Origin: Alphaproteobacteria bacterium
Lineage (GTDB): Bacteria > Pseudomonadota > Alphaproteobacteria > SHVZ01
Length of the DNA: 64,000 bases
Assembly: GCA_016869285.1 (NCBI GenBank)
Contig: VGEN01000001.1
Location: forward strand, 7,201 to 71,200
Direction: 5' to 3'
The position numbers and the translations under genes were made by a program. The notes beneath the pieces are model-generated. The model was not told the DNA's origin and ran no database searches. It saw only the letters and a list, made by a program, of their open reading frames with translations. Within the stretch, counting starts at the first letter, position 1, and the number at the start of each line of letters is the position of its first letter. Shown one piece after another: positions 12,627-23,034 of this stretch.

Positions 12627-13892
12627 GTGAACGATGCCCAGCGGCCGCCGGTGCTGGCGCCGTTCCAGACGCGCAGCTTCCGCTTCCAATGGCCCGCCGA
12701 TCTCGCCACCTCCTGGGCGCAGGAGATGGAGGGCGTGATCCTCGGCTGGTACATCCTGGTCGAAACCGGCTCGGTCATGATGCTGGCCGTGTTCGGCTCG
12801 GTGATGCTGGTCGGCACCTTGCTTGCGCCGATGTTCGGCGTCGTCGGCGACCGCATCGGTCACCGCAACCTCCTCTGCCTGATGCGTGCCACCTATTCCG
12901 CCCTCGCCTTCACGCTGATGGCGCTGATCTTCACCGGGGCGGTCTCGCCGCTCTGGGTCTTCGTCATTGCGACGCTGATGGGCTCCGTGCGCTCCTCCGA
13001 CCTCGTCATGCGCAATGCGATCATCGGCAACACGATCCCGACGCCGCTGATCGTCGGCGCGATGAGCATCTCGCGCACGACCGGCGACTCCGCCCGCATT
13101 GCCGGCGCGCTGGCCGGCGCCGGGATTGTCGCCGCGCTTGGCATGGGTCCGGCCTATCTCGTCATCGCGCTGCTCTACATGACGAGCTTCCTTTTGACCC
13201 TGGGGGTCGCCGGCAGCGGCCCTTCCGCGCACTCGATCGGCGAGATGACCGGGATGCCGATGCGCCCCTCGGCGTGGCGCGACCTCGGAGACGGCCTCGC
13301 CTATGTCTGGCGTACGCCGCATCTGCTGGCGGCGATGTTCATCGCCTTCCTGGTAAACCTAACGGCCTATCCCTGGTCGAACGGCCTGCTCCCCTATGTG
13401 GCGAGGGAGGTCTACCGCATCGACCAGACGGGCCTCGGCTACCTGGTGGCAAGCTTCGCCATCGGCGCCATCATCGGCTCGATCGGGCTCAGCACGCATG
13501 GCTCCGGAATCAAGCCGGCGCGCATGATGATCGTCTTCTCCGCGCTCTGGCACGCGCTCCTCTTCGTCTTTGCGCTCGTCGAGACCGAGGTCAACGGCAT
13601 CGTGGTGATGGCGCTCGCCGGCCTCTGCCAGAGCCTGTGCCTGGTGCCGCTGGCGGCCATGCTGGTGCGAACCTCCGAGCCGCGTTTTCGCGGCCGGGTC
13701 ATGGGCGTGCGCATGCTCGCGGTCTATGGCCTGCCCGTCGGTCTGATGCTGACCGGCCCTTTGATCGAGCGCTTCGGCTTCACGGCGACCGGGCTGCTCT
13801 ACTCGACGTTCGGCGTCGTCGCGACCTTTGCGATCGGGCTGATATGGCGCCGCGCCGTCTGGCCTGCCGACGCGCCTGGCAATGCGCGTTAA
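12627..13892 (+). CDS. MFS transporter
   Basis: 421 aa, about 12 TM; GTG start as given by ORF track (an internal ATG at about 12726 is an alternative). Confidence 0.7.
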   Translation: MNDAQRPPVLAPFQTRSFRFQWPADLATSWAQEMEGVILGWYILVETGSVMMLAVFGSVMLVGTLLAPMFGVVGDRIGHRNLLCLMRATYSALAFTLMALIFTGAVSPLWVFVIATLMGSVRSSDLVMRNAIIGNTIPTPLIVGAMSISRTTGDSARIAGALAGAGIVAALGMGPAYLVIALLYMTSFLLTLGVAGSGPSAHSIGEMTGMPMRPSAWRDLGDGLAYVWRTPHLLAAMFIAFLVNLTAYPWSNGLLPYVAREVYRIDQTGLGYLVASFAIGAIIGSIGLSTHGSGIKPARMMIVFSALWHALLFVFALVETEVNGIVVMALAGLCQSLCLVPLAAMLVRTSEPRFRGRVMGVRMLAVYGLPVGLMLTGPLIERFGFTATGLLYSTFGVVATFAIGLIWRRAVWPADAPGNAR

Positions 13893-13893
13893 G

Positions 13894-14793
13894 TCAGGCC
13901 GCCGGCGGGCGTCGATTGACGAGATAAAGACCGGCGAAGATCAGCGAGGCGCTGACAATAACGCCAAGCCCCACCGTCTCGCCGAAGAAGAGCCAACCCC
14001 AGAACAGGCCGGAGAGCGCGACAGCGTATGACGCCTGGCTCACAAACACCGCGCCGACGCGCCGCAAGAGGTCGAAATAGAGAATGTAGGAGCAGACCGA
14101 GACGAACATGACCGCGATCAGCGCCCATTCGCCGGGAAGCAGCGGCGGCCACGGCACGTAGAGCTGGTCCAGGGCGCCCGCGGCCGGAAGCAGAAAGCTG
14201 ATGGCACCGCCGAGCATGCCGGCGGCCATCAGGATAGGCGCGTTTCGATCGGTCGGTCTCAGCTTCACGCCGATGACGTTGCCGGTCGCATAGAGCACCG
14301 GGGTCAGGATCGCCTGCAGCAGCCACGGCAGCAGGTCCGGCGAAGGCAGGGCCACGCCGGGGCTGACCAGCACGACGACGCCGCCCAATCCTACCAGGAT
14401 GCCTAGCGCCCGTGGCATCGAGAAGGCTTCCAACCGGATGACGACCGCGATCGCGTAAGTGACCACCGGCGACAGATTGACCAGCAGCGACATCAGACCG
14501 GCCGGGATGTGCTTCACGCAGAAAGCCATGTTGGCGTTGGGCAGCGCGATGCTGAAGATGCCCATGGCCAGGTAGAAGCGAAGGTGCTCCCAGCCATAGC
14601 CGAGGCTCAAGCCTCGCCAGGCGGCGAGCGCCAGCAGCAGCGCGCCCGCCCCCGTCGACTGCCAGAGCGAATAGCTGACCGGCGGCACGCCGGCGCTGGT
14701 CGCCAGCTTGGCGAGCGACATCATCAATCCCCAGAGCGATCCGAGGCAGATGATGCCGGCCGCGGCATGGAGCGGGCTTGTCGGTGCGGTCAT
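13894..14793 (-). CDS. DMT superfamily (EamA-like) transporter
   Basis: 10-TM profile with two EamA-like halves; start taken at internal ATG (MTAPTSPL...). Confidence 0.7.
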   Translation of the reverse strand: MTAPTSPLHAAAGIICLGSLWGLMMSLAKLATSAGVPPVSYSLWQSTGAGALLLALAAWRGLSLGYGWEHLRFYLAMGIFSIALPNANMAFCVKHIPAGLMSLLVNLSPVVTYAIAVVIRLEAFSMPRALGILVGLGGVVVLVSPGVALPSPDLLPWLLQAILTPVLYATGNVIGVKLRPTDRNAPILMAAGMLGGAISFLLPAAGALDQLYVPWPPLLPGEWALIAVMFVSVCSYILYFDLLRRVGAVFVSQASYAVALSGLFWGWLFFGETVGLGVIVSASLIFAGLYLVNRRPPAA

Positions 14794-15097
14794 CGGGCGC
14801 CCGGCATAGCAGATATGTGCCGCGGTGCCAGCAAAGACCGCACCAAGGTGCGGTACGGCGTTGAACCGCGGCAGCGACAACGACCGGCCCTCTCACCAGC
14901 GCCCTCCAAGCCCCGTTCCGAGTACCGGCGAATCTCGACCATCTCCTCCTGTCGGCGGCCCATAATGCGAAAGGCAAGGCTGCTCGATTCCGTCGCCCAA
15001 CGTCGCAGGCAAGCGCTTGGGGCGCCGGCGATTGTGCGAACAAGCCTCGCCGTGTAAGTCTTTGCCTCCGACGTTCCCGCCGCCCGATCCGAGCCCG

Positions 15098-16351
15098 ATG
15101 AGCCGCTACTCCGTCTTCCGCCTCTTCCGCGAGGGCCTGCGCAACCAGACCGGCTGGACGCGGGCATGGCGCGCCCCGGAGCCGAAACCCGCCTATGACG
15201 TGATCATCATCGGCGGCGGCGGGCACGGGCTTGCCAGCGCCTACTACCTCGCCAGGGAGCAGGGCATCACCAATGTCGCGGTGCTCGAACGCGGGCAGAT
15301 CGGCCTCGGCAATGTCGGCCGCAATACCACGATCGTCCGCTCGAACTATCTCTTCCCGGAGAACAACCTCTTCTACGAGAAGTCGCTACAGCTCTGGGAA
15401 GGCCTCGAGCAGGATCTGAACTTCAACGTGATGATGAGCCAGCGCGGCGTCATCAACCTCTACCATTCCGACAGCCAGCGCGACGCCTACGCCCGCCGCG
15501 GCAACTCGATGCGGCTCAACGGCATCGATGCCGAGCTGCTCGACCGCGATCAGGTGCGCGCGCTTGTCCCCGTGCTCGATTTCGACAATGCACGTTTCCC
15601 GATTCACGGCGGATTGATCCAGCGTCGCGGCGGCACCGCGCGCCACGACGCCGTCGCCTGGGGCTTGGCGCGCGGCGCCGACCGGCTCGGTGTCGACATC
15701 ATCCAGAACTGCGAAGTGACCGGCATTCGCCGCGACGGTGGCCGCGTCGTCGGCGTCGAGACCACGCGCGGCTATATCGCCGCGCCGAAGATCGGTATCG
15801 CCGTAGCCGGCCATACCTCGCAGGTTGCGGCCATGGCCGGCATCCGGCTCCCGATCGAGAGCCATGTGCTGCAGGCCTTCGTCAGCGAAGCGGTCAAGCC
15901 GGTGCTTGACCATGTCGTCACCTTCGGTGCCGGACATTTCTATATCAGCCAATCGGACAAGGGCGGCCTCGTCTTCGGCGGCGGCCTCGACGGCTACAAT
16001 TCCTTCGCCCAGCGCGGCACGCTTCCCGAGGCCGAGCATGTGATCAACGAGGGAGTCGCGCTGATGCCGCTGCTGTCGCGTCTTCGCGTGCTGCGCCAAT
16101 GGGCCGGCGTCATGGACATGACCTTCGACGGCACGCCGCTGATCTGCAAGACGCCGGTGCAAGGTCTCTACATCAATGGCGGCTGGTGCTATGGCGGCTT
16201 CAAGGCGGTCCCCGGCTCCGGCTGGTGCTTCGCGCATACCGTCGCCAAGGACGAGCCGCATCCCTTCAATGCGGCGATGACGATCGAGCGCTTCCGCGAC
16301 GGCGCGATGGTCGACGAGAAGGGCGCCGGACCCTTCCCCTGGCTCCAGTGA
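15098..16351 (+). CDS. soxB: sarcosine oxidase subunit beta
   Basis: FAD dinucleotide fold YDVIIIGGGGHGLASAYYLA; full-length similarity pattern to heterotetrameric SoxB; followed by soxD-soxA-soxG in canonical order. Confidence 0.9.
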   Translation: MSRYSVFRLFREGLRNQTGWTRAWRAPEPKPAYDVIIIGGGGHGLASAYYLAREQGITNVAVLERGQIGLGNVGRNTTIVRSNYLFPENNLFYEKSLQLWEGLEQDLNFNVMMSQRGVINLYHSDSQRDAYARRGNSMRLNGIDAELLDRDQVRALVPVLDFDNARFPIHGGLIQRRGGTARHDAVAWGLARGADRLGVDIIQNCEVTGIRRDGGRVVGVETTRGYIAAPKIGIAVAGHTSQVAAMAGIRLPIESHVLQAFVSEAVKPVLDHVVTFGAGHFYISQSDKGGLVFGGGLDGYNSFAQRGTLPEAEHVINEGVALMPLLSRLRVLRQWAGVMDMTFDGTPLICKTPVQGLYINGGWCYGGFKAVPGSGWCFAHTVAKDEPHPFNAAMTIERFRDGAMVDEKGAGPFPWLQ

Positions 16352-16358
16352 GCGACCG

Positions 16359-16634
16359 ATGCATCGCATAGACTGTCCCTGGTGCGGTGTTCGCGACGAA
16401 GCGGAGTTCAGCTATCGCGGCGACGCGACGGTAAAGCGACCGCCAGCGGATGGCGGCGCCGAGGGCTTCTACGCTTACGTCTATGACCGCACCAACCCGA
16501 AGGGCTGGCACGTCGAGTGGTGGCATCACGTCGCCGGCTGCCGACAGTTCCTGAAGGTGGTGCGCCATACGGTGACGCATGAGATCCGGTCGGTGGCCAA
16601 AGCCACGGACGAAGTGGCGGCGCCGCCGGCATGA
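16359..16634 (+). CDS. soxD: sarcosine oxidase subunit delta
   Basis: 91 aa with CPWCG...C zinc-ribbon-like N-terminus typical of SoxD; position between soxB and soxA. Confidence 0.85.
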   Translation: MHRIDCPWCGVRDEAEFSYRGDATVKRPPADGGAEGFYAYVYDRTNPKGWHVEWWHHVAGCRQFLKVVRHTVTHEIRSVAKATDEVAAPPA

Positions 16635-19582
16635 CTCAGACGCATCGCCTCGCCCAAGGCGGCCGCATCGACCGCAGCCGCACGCTCCGCTTCACCTTCG
16701 ACGGCCGCCGCTATGAAGGCCATCCCGGCGACACCCTCGCTTCGGCCCTGCTGGCCAGCGGCGAGCGGCTGGTCGGGCGCAGCTTCAAGCACCACCGTCC
16801 GCGCGGCATCGTGACCGCTGGGCCTGAAGAACCCTGCGCCCTGGTCGAGCTTCGCTCGGGCGCTCGGCGCGAGCCCAACACGCGCGCAACCGTCGCCGAG
16901 ATCTACGACGGCCTGGAGGCGACGAGCCAGAACCGCTGGCCCTCGCTCGCCTTCGATGTCAGCGCGATCAACCAGCTCGTCGGCCGTTTCCTGCCGGCCG
17001 GCTTCTACTACAAGACCTTCATGTGGCCGGCGTCGTTCTGGGAGAAGGTCTACGAGCCGATCATCCGCCGCGCCGCCGGCCTCGGCCGCGCCGCGATGGC
17101 GCCCGATCCTGACGAGTACGAGTCGATGCACGCGCATTGCGACGTGCTGGTGGTGGGTTCCGGCGCCGCCGGCCTTGCCGCTGCGCGTGCCGCCGGCGCA
17201 GCCGGCGCCCGCGTCATCGTCGCCGATCAGGATTTCGAGCTCGGCGGCGGGCTCCTGCTCGAGCCGGAGCAGGAGCCGTGGCGTCAGGGGATGCTGGCCG
17301 CCCTTTCCGGCATGCCGGAGGTGCGCCTTCTGCCACGCACAACGGTATTCGGATTCTACGAGCATGACGTGCTGGGCGCGGTCGAGCGTGTCGCCGATCA
17401 CCTGCCGGTGCCGCCCGAGCACGGCGTGCGCCAGCGCGTCTGGACCATCCGTGCCAGGCAGACGGTGCTCGCAACCGGATCGACGGAGCGGCCGATCGCC
17501 TTCCCCAACAACGACCGGCCCGGCGTCATGCTGGCCTCGGCGGCGATGACCTATGTCCGGCGCTTCGGCGCGCGCCCCGGCGAGCGCGCCGTCTTCTTCG
17601 CCAACAACGACATCGCCTACGACGCTGCCTTCGCGCTTCACCATGCCGGCGTCAGTGTCGCGGCGATCATCGATGTACGGAAAAAGGACTCGAAACGCGC
17701 TGCAGCCGCCGCCGATCGCGGCATCGCGGTCAAGCTCGGCTCGGTCATCTCCGATGTGAAGGGCGGCCGCAACGTTCACGGCGTCTCTTTCCGCACCGCC
17801 AATGGCAGCGTCGAGCGCGTGCTCGACGCCGATCTGCTCTGCGTCTCCGGCGGCTGGAACCCGGCCGTCCATCTGCAAAGCCACACCCGCGCGCGTCCGA
17901 TCTGGAACAACGACCTCGCCGCCTTCCTTCCCGGCAAGCCGGTCCAGGCCGAACGCTCCGCCGGCAGCGCGGCCGGCGTCTTCGGTATCGCGCACTGCGC
18001 TACCGACGGCGCCAAGGCGGGGCGCGAGGCCGCGGCGGCCCTCGGCTTCCGCGACGGCGCGGCCTTCGAGCTGCCGGCGCCAGATGCTGAAGTCGATCCC
18101 AGGGTGAAGCCGTTCTGGGAGGTGAAGGCCAAGGGCAAGGCCTTCGTCGATTTGCAGAACGACGTCACTGCCGACGACATCCGCCTCGCCCATCGCGAGG
18201 GCTACACGCATATCGAGCACGCCAAGCGCTATACCACGCACAGCATGGCGACCGACCAAGGCCGCTTCTCGGGCATCCTTGGCACCGCCGTGCTCGCCGA
18301 GGCGCGCGGCGAGACGATCGAGACGGTCGGCGTGCCGACCTTCCGCCCCTATGTCACGCCGGTCACTTGGGGGGCCATGGCCGGGCGCCATGCGGGCCAT
18401 CACCTGCAACCGGTAAGGCGCTCGCCGCTGCACCCCTGGCATGTCCGCAACCACGGCATCTTCCTCGAGACCGGGCTGTGGATGCGACCGCTCTACTACT
18501 CGGCGACGCGCGAGACCGGCTGGGACCCGATCCTCAAGGAAGCGCGCGCTGTGCGCCAGGCGGTTGGCATCTGCGACGTCTCGACCTTGGGCAAGATCGA
18601 CATCCAGGGCCGCGATGCCGGCATTCTCCTCGATCGGCTCTACACCAACACCTTCTCGACGCTCGCCGTCGGCAAGGCGCGCTACGGCCTGATGCTGCGC
18701 GAGGACGGCATCATGTTCGACGACGGCACCACCTCGCGGCTTTCCGAGCACCGCTACCTGATGACGACGACCACGGCGAAGGCGGCCGAGGTGCTGGCCC
18801 ATATGGAGTTCTATCACCAGACCGTCTGGCCCGAGCTCGATGTGCGCTACTGCACGGTCACCGACCAATGGGCGCAGATGTCGGTCGCCGGGCCGAAGAC
18901 GCGGCTCGCGCTGCAGGGCTGCGTCGAGGGACTTGATCTCTCGAACGAAGCTTTTCCATTCATGGGCGTCTGCGATGCGACCGTCGCCGGATGCCCGGTG
19001 CGCCTCTACCGCGTCAGCTTCTCGGGCGAGATGGCCTATGAGGTCGCGACGCCGGCCGGCTATGGCGAGCGCGTCTGGGAGGCGATCCTGGCGGCCGGCA
19101 GGCCGCACGGCATCCTGCCCTACGGGCTCGAGGCGCTCGGCCTGCTCCGCATCGAGAAGGGCCATGTCGCCGGGCCCGAGCTCAACGGCCAGACCACGGC
19201 GCGCGATCTCGGCTTCGAGAAGATGCTGAAGAAGAAGGGCGACTATGTCGGCCGCGTCAACGCCGAGCGGCCGGCGCTGGTGGCGCCCGACCGGCCGCGG
19301 CTGGTCGGCATCCGCGCCGTCGATCCTTCCTTCGAGAAGCGGCTGCGCGGCGGCGCGCACATCGTCGACAGGCCGGACTCGAAGGCGAGCCTCGGCTGGG
19401 CCACCAGCATCACGCGCTCGGTCGAGCTCGAGCGCTGGCTGGGCCTGGCGATGATCCGCAACGGCCCCGAGCGGATCGGCCAGCGCCTCTACGCCACATA
19501 TCCGCTCAAGAACGAGGTGGTCGAGATCGAGGTCTGCTCGCCGCACCATGTCGATCCGGAGAACCTCCGTGTCCGCGCCTGA
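16631..19582 (+). CDS. soxA: sarcosine oxidase subunit alpha
   Basis: 983 aa; N-terminal 2Fe-2S-like/NAD domain, C-terminal GcvT-like folate-binding domain; ATGA coupling to soxD. Confidence 0.9.
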   Translation: MTQTHRLAQGGRIDRSRTLRFTFDGRRYEGHPGDTLASALLASGERLVGRSFKHHRPRGIVTAGPEEPCALVELRSGARREPNTRATVAEIYDGLEATSQNRWPSLAFDVSAINQLVGRFLPAGFYYKTFMWPASFWEKVYEPIIRRAAGLGRAAMAPDPDEYESMHAHCDVLVVGSGAAGLAAARAAGAAGARVIVADQDFELGGGLLLEPEQEPWRQGMLAALSGMPEVRLLPRTTVFGFYEHDVLGAVERVADHLPVPPEHGVRQRVWTIRARQTVLATGSTERPIAFPNNDRPGVMLASAAMTYVRRFGARPGERAVFFANNDIAYDAAFALHHAGVSVAAIIDVRKKDSKRAAAAADRGIAVKLGSVISDVKGGRNVHGVSFRTANGSVERVLDADLLCVSGGWNPAVHLQSHTRARPIWNNDLAAFLPGKPVQAERSAGSAAGVFGIAHCATDGAKAGREAAAALGFRDGAAFELPAPDAEVDPRVKPFWEVKAKGKAFVDLQNDVTADDIRLAHREGYTHIEHAKRYTTHSMATDQGRFSGILGTAVLAEARGETIETVGVPTFRPYVTPVTWGAMAGRHAGHHLQPVRRSPLHPWHVRNHGIFLETGLWMRPLYYSATRETGWDPILKEARAVRQAVGICDVSTLGKIDIQGRDAGILLDRLYTNTFSTLAVGKARYGLMLREDGIMFDDGTTSRLSEHRYLMTTTTAKAAEVLAHMEFYHQTVWPELDVRYCTVTDQWAQMSVAGPKTRLALQGCVEGLDLSNEAFPFMGVCDATVAGCPVRLYRVSFSGEMAYEVATPAGYGERVWEAILAAGRPHGILPYGLEALGLLRIEKGHVAGPELNGQTTARDLGFEKMLKKKGDYVGRVNAERPALVAPDRPRLVGIRAVDPSFEKRLRGGAHIVDRPDSKASLGWATSITRSVELERWLGLAMIRNGPERIGQRLYATYPLKNEVVEIEVCSPHHVDPENLRVRA

Positions 19583-20159
19583 CCGCCTCTCGCCCTTCGG
19601 CCCCGAGGCACGGCCCGGCCGTCACGGTGCCGCCGGCGGTTCGCCGGTGTTGATGACCGAGCGCAGGGTCGACATCGTCCAGGTGATGGCGAGCCGCGAT
19701 GCCGAAGCGGCGGGGGGCGTCAGGGATGCGACCGGCCTCGCCCTTCCCGGCCCGCGCAAAGCCGAGATCGCCGGCGACGCGATGGCGGTCTGGATACAGC
19801 CTTCCGGCTGGCTGGTGATCCGCCCGCGCGGCGAGGAAGGCGCGCTGGCGAAGAAGCTCGGCGGCAACGAAGCGATGGCCGTGGTCGATCAAAGCCATGG
19901 CCGCTGCGTGCTGCGCCTGTCCGGCGCGCATGCCGGCGGGGTGCTCGCCAAGGGCAGCCGCGTCGACCTTCATCCCCGCGTCTTCCCGCCCGGCAGCGCC
20001 GCCACCACGAGCATCGACCACCTCACCGTCACGATCGTGAAGGTCGATGCAGTGCCCAGCTTCGATCTCATCCTGCCATCGAGTTTCGCCGAAGCCTTCC
20101 TCGACTGGCTCCGGACGTCGGCGACTGAGTTCGGCTACGAGATCAGACCGTCGACGTGA
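19548..20159 (+). CDS. soxG: sarcosine oxidase subunit gamma
   Basis: About 200 aa ORF overlapping soxA end; canonical position; exact start (19548 ATG or in-frame GTG 19569) uncertain. Confidence 0.75.
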   Translation: MSIRRTSVSAPDRLSPFGPEARPGRHGAAGGSPVLMTERRVDIVQVMASRDAEAAGGVRDATGLALPGPRKAEIAGDAMAVWIQPSGWLVIRPRGEEGALAKKLGGNEAMAVVDQSHGRCVLRLSGAHAGGVLAKGSRVDLHPRVFPPGSAATTSIDHLTVTIVKVDAVPSFDLILPSSFAEAFLDWLRTSATEFGYEIRPST

Positions 20160-20230
20160 AGGTTTCAGGAGAGCTGGGCAACCACTTCCCGGCATGGCAC
20201 GTTAAGCTCGCGACGACTCTCTAAGGAGCG

Positions 20231-21805
20231 TCAGAAGTCCGTCTTCACGCCGCCCTCTTCCTTGCGCCTGGAGACGAAGGCATCGATGGCCTCGGCCGCT
20301 GCCGAATCCATCGGCGGTGGCTGGTAGCGGGCCAGCGTCTCCTTCCAGATCCGGTTCGATCGCTCCATGGCCGTCGGCGACCCGGCCTCGCGCCAGCTCT
20401 CGAAGTTGCGCCAATCGGAGACCAGCGGGCTGTAGAAGGCCGTCTTGTAGCGGCTCTGCGTGTGCACGGCGCCGAAATAGTGGCCGCCCGGCCCGACCTC
20501 GCGGATCGCATCGAGCGCCAGCGTCTCGTCGCTCACCTCCAGCGGATCGAGGTACTGGGAAACCATCTGCAGGAGGTCGACATCGACGATGGTCTTCTCG
20601 AAGGAGGCGGTAAGACCGCCTTCCATCCACCCGGCCGAGTGCAGGATGAAGTTCCCGCCGCCCATGACCGCACCCCAGAGCGAGAACACGGATTCATAGG
20701 CCGCCTGTGCATCGACGGTATTGGCGGCGCAGGTGTTCGAGGTGCGATAGGGCAGTCCATAGCGGCGCGCGAGCTGGCCGCCGACCGTTGCCGCCTTCAT
20801 GTACTCCGGCGTACCGAAGGCCGGTGCCCCCGACTTCATGTCGACATTCGAGGTGAAGCCGCCATAGACCACCGGCGCCCCCGGCCGGACGATCTGGGTC
20901 AGCGTAATGCCGGCCAACGCCTCGGCGTTCTGCTGCGCCAGCGCGCCCGCGACCGTCACCGGCGCCATTGCACCGGCGAGCGTGAACGGCGTCATGATGA
21001 CGACCTGGTTTCTCGCCGACATCTCCATGATGCCCTGGAGCATCGGCGCGTCGAGGCGAAGCGGCGACGAGGAGTTGATGACGGTGATCAATGAGGGCTC
21101 GCGGTCGAGCTGCTCTTGCGCGATGCCGCGGGCAAGCCTGACGACCTCCAGCGCGTCGCGGTTGCGCTGCCGGCCCAGCGAATAGGCATGGAAGGCCTTG
21201 TCGGTCAGCTTGGCGAGATCGGAAAGGCAGTCGAGGTGCCGGATCGACGCATGCAGATCGACCGGCTCGACCGGGTAGCCGCCGGTCATGTGGATGACAT
21301 TGAAGCTCTGCGCCAGCTTCACGAGGTTGCGGAAGTCCTCATGATTGCCGGGCCTCCGGCCCTTGTCGGCATCCGAGCAGTTGGGGGCGCTTGCGACCTG
21401 GGCGAAAATCACCTTGTCGCCGCCGAAGTCGAGATTGTGCGCGGGATTGCGCGCATGCAGCGTGAAGGTCGAAGGCGCGGTCCTGATCCTCTCCTCGATC
21501 AGGCCGCGATCGAAGCGCACGCGCTGCTGGCCCGGTCTGGTCTTCGCACCGGCCTTGGCGAGCAGCGCGATCGCGTCTGTGTCGAGGAAGTCCATGCCGA
21601 TCTCTTCGAGGATCGTGAGCGAGGCGTTGTGGATCGCCTCGAGTTCGTCGGCGCTCAGGATCTCCACCGGCGGGAAGCGCCGCCGCGGCTGACGAAAGGG
21701 GAACGCATCCGCCGCCGCATCCGCCGCCGCCCGGCCGGCATGACGCGCCCGCCCGCCGCGCCGCTCGCGCCCCTCGCCGCCTTGCCGTTCCGACGGCTCG
21801 GTCAT
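20231..21805 (-). CDS. MttB superfamily (non-pyrrolysine) methyltransferase, trimethylamine/glycine-betaine:corrinoid methyltransferase-like, paralog 1
   Basis: 524 aa from internal ATG (MTEPSERQ...); TIM-barrel MttB hallmarks, no in-frame amber; strongly similar (same motif blocks, e.g. ...GGFTSNVDMKSGAPAFGTPEY...) to paralog at 30296. Confidence 0.85.
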   Translation of the reverse strand: MTEPSERQGGEGRERRGGRARHAGRAAADAAADAFPFRQPRRRFPPVEILSADELEAIHNASLTILEEIGMDFLDTDAIALLAKAGAKTRPGQQRVRFDRGLIEERIRTAPSTFTLHARNPAHNLDFGGDKVIFAQVASAPNCSDADKGRRPGNHEDFRNLVKLAQSFNVIHMTGGYPVEPVDLHASIRHLDCLSDLAKLTDKAFHAYSLGRQRNRDALEVVRLARGIAQEQLDREPSLITVINSSSPLRLDAPMLQGIMEMSARNQVVIMTPFTLAGAMAPVTVAGALAQQNAEALAGITLTQIVRPGAPVVYGGFTSNVDMKSGAPAFGTPEYMKAATVGGQLARRYGLPYRTSNTCAANTVDAQAAYESVFSLWGAVMGGGNFILHSAGWMEGGLTASFEKTIVDVDLLQMVSQYLDPLEVSDETLALDAIREVGPGGHYFGAVHTQSRYKTAFYSPLVSDWRNFESWREAGSPTAMERSNRIWKETLARYQPPPMDSAAAEAIDAFVSRRKEEGGVKTDF

Positions 21806-21884
21806 AGTGTGCCTCTCGTCATCTTCGGCCGCGGCGCAAGGTAGTGCAACGCCGCGCTTCAAGCCACCTCGCTCCGGACATTGC

Positions 21885-23030
21885 ATGAAGACCCTGCTCC
21901 CGGTCCCGGAAATCGCTGTCGGCGCCGACCGGGTCGACAAGATCGGCGCCGATCTCGCCGCCCTCAAGGAAGCGCCAAAGCGCGTCCTCCTGGTGATCGA
22001 CCGCATGCTCTCGCACGGCGGCGTCGGCAAGCGCGTCCGCGAGGCATTGGCGACGACCCGTCACGAGACGGCGCTGTGGGACGGGCTTGCCGGCAAACCG
22101 ACTGGCGCCCAGATCGATACCGCCGCCGCCCTGGCGCGGACGCATACGGCAGAGGCCGTCATCGGGGTCGGCGGGGGCTCCGCGCTCGATGTCGCCAAGC
22201 TCGTGGCGGCGATCGCCGGCGCTACGGACAGTGTCGAGCGCTACGCCTTCTGCGCCAACCCGCTGCCGACAATACCGCTGCCTGTGATCTGCGTGCCGAC
22301 CACCGCCGGCACCGGCTCCGAGACCACCCACACCGCGGTCTTCGCCAATGCCGCCGGCAAGAAGGCCTGGGCCTGGGGGCCGGAGCTGGCGGCGCGCAAA
22401 GCCGTCCTCGATGCGAGCCTGACAACCTCGCTGCCTGCGCCTCTGACTGCCGCGACCGGCATCGATGCGTTGATTCATGCCGTCGAATCCTGCACCAATG
22501 CCAACCGCTTCGAAGCCAATGACGTGATCGCGCATGCCGCGATCCGGCTGATCGCGCGCCATCTGCCCGCAGCCGTCCGCGAGCCGCAGAACCTTGAGGC
22601 GCGTGAAGGCATGCTGGTCGCTTCCTGCTATGCCGGCATCGCCATCAACAACACCGGAACCGCGATCGCGCACAACATCGCGCATGCGCTCGGCAGCATC
22701 GGCAAGGTTCATCATGGACGGGCTGCCGGGCTCGGCCTTCGTGCTTCCCTGCCCTGGAGCCTGTCCGCCAGCGAACGCGCCTTTGCCGATGTCGCCGAGG
22801 CGATGGGAGGACCGCGTGACGCCGGCGCCCTGCCCGGCCTCGTCGATCGGCTCATCCGAGCCGTCGGCTTGAAGGTGGCGCTGGCCGACGAGCTGCCAGG
22901 CGTCACGCCCGAGCGCCTCGCCGCCGAAATGGCTCTGCCCGAGAACGAGGCGATGCGGAAGTCGTCGGCACGACCCTCAACCGAGCGCGACCTGCACGAT
23001 CTTGCGCGCGCCGTGCTGACAGCGAGCTGA
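21885..23030 (+). CDS. iron-containing alcohol dehydrogenase family protein
   Basis: GGGSALD glycine-rich NAD motif and His-rich metal site (HxxxH-type, AHNIAHALG); start at internal ATG MKTLLPV. Confidence 0.8.
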   Translation: MKTLLPVPEIAVGADRVDKIGADLAALKEAPKRVLLVIDRMLSHGGVGKRVREALATTRHETALWDGLAGKPTGAQIDTAAALARTHTAEAVIGVGGGSALDVAKLVAAIAGATDSVERYAFCANPLPTIPLPVICVPTTAGTGSETTHTAVFANAAGKKAWAWGPELAARKAVLDASLTTSLPAPLTAATGIDALIHAVESCTNANRFEANDVIAHAAIRLIARHLPAAVREPQNLEAREGMLVASCYAGIAINNTGTAIAHNIAHALGSIGKVHHGRAAGLGLRASLPWSLSASERAFADVAEAMGGPRDAGALPGLVDRLIRAVGLKVALADELPGVTPERLAAEMALPENEAMRKSSARPSTERDLHDLARAVLTAS

Positions 23031-23034
23031 AACA

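Noticed and set aside
12689-13927. Alternative-frame 412-aa ORF overlapping the MFS transporter gene
   Set aside because: Arg/Pro/Ala-rich out-of-frame translation; the 12627 frame gives a hydrophobic 12-TM profile.
16526-19549. 1007-aa minus-strand ORF spanning soxA
   Set aside because: Antisense of soxA; low-complexity Arg/Ala/Gly composition; soxA on the plus strand has clear FAD/GcvT motifs.
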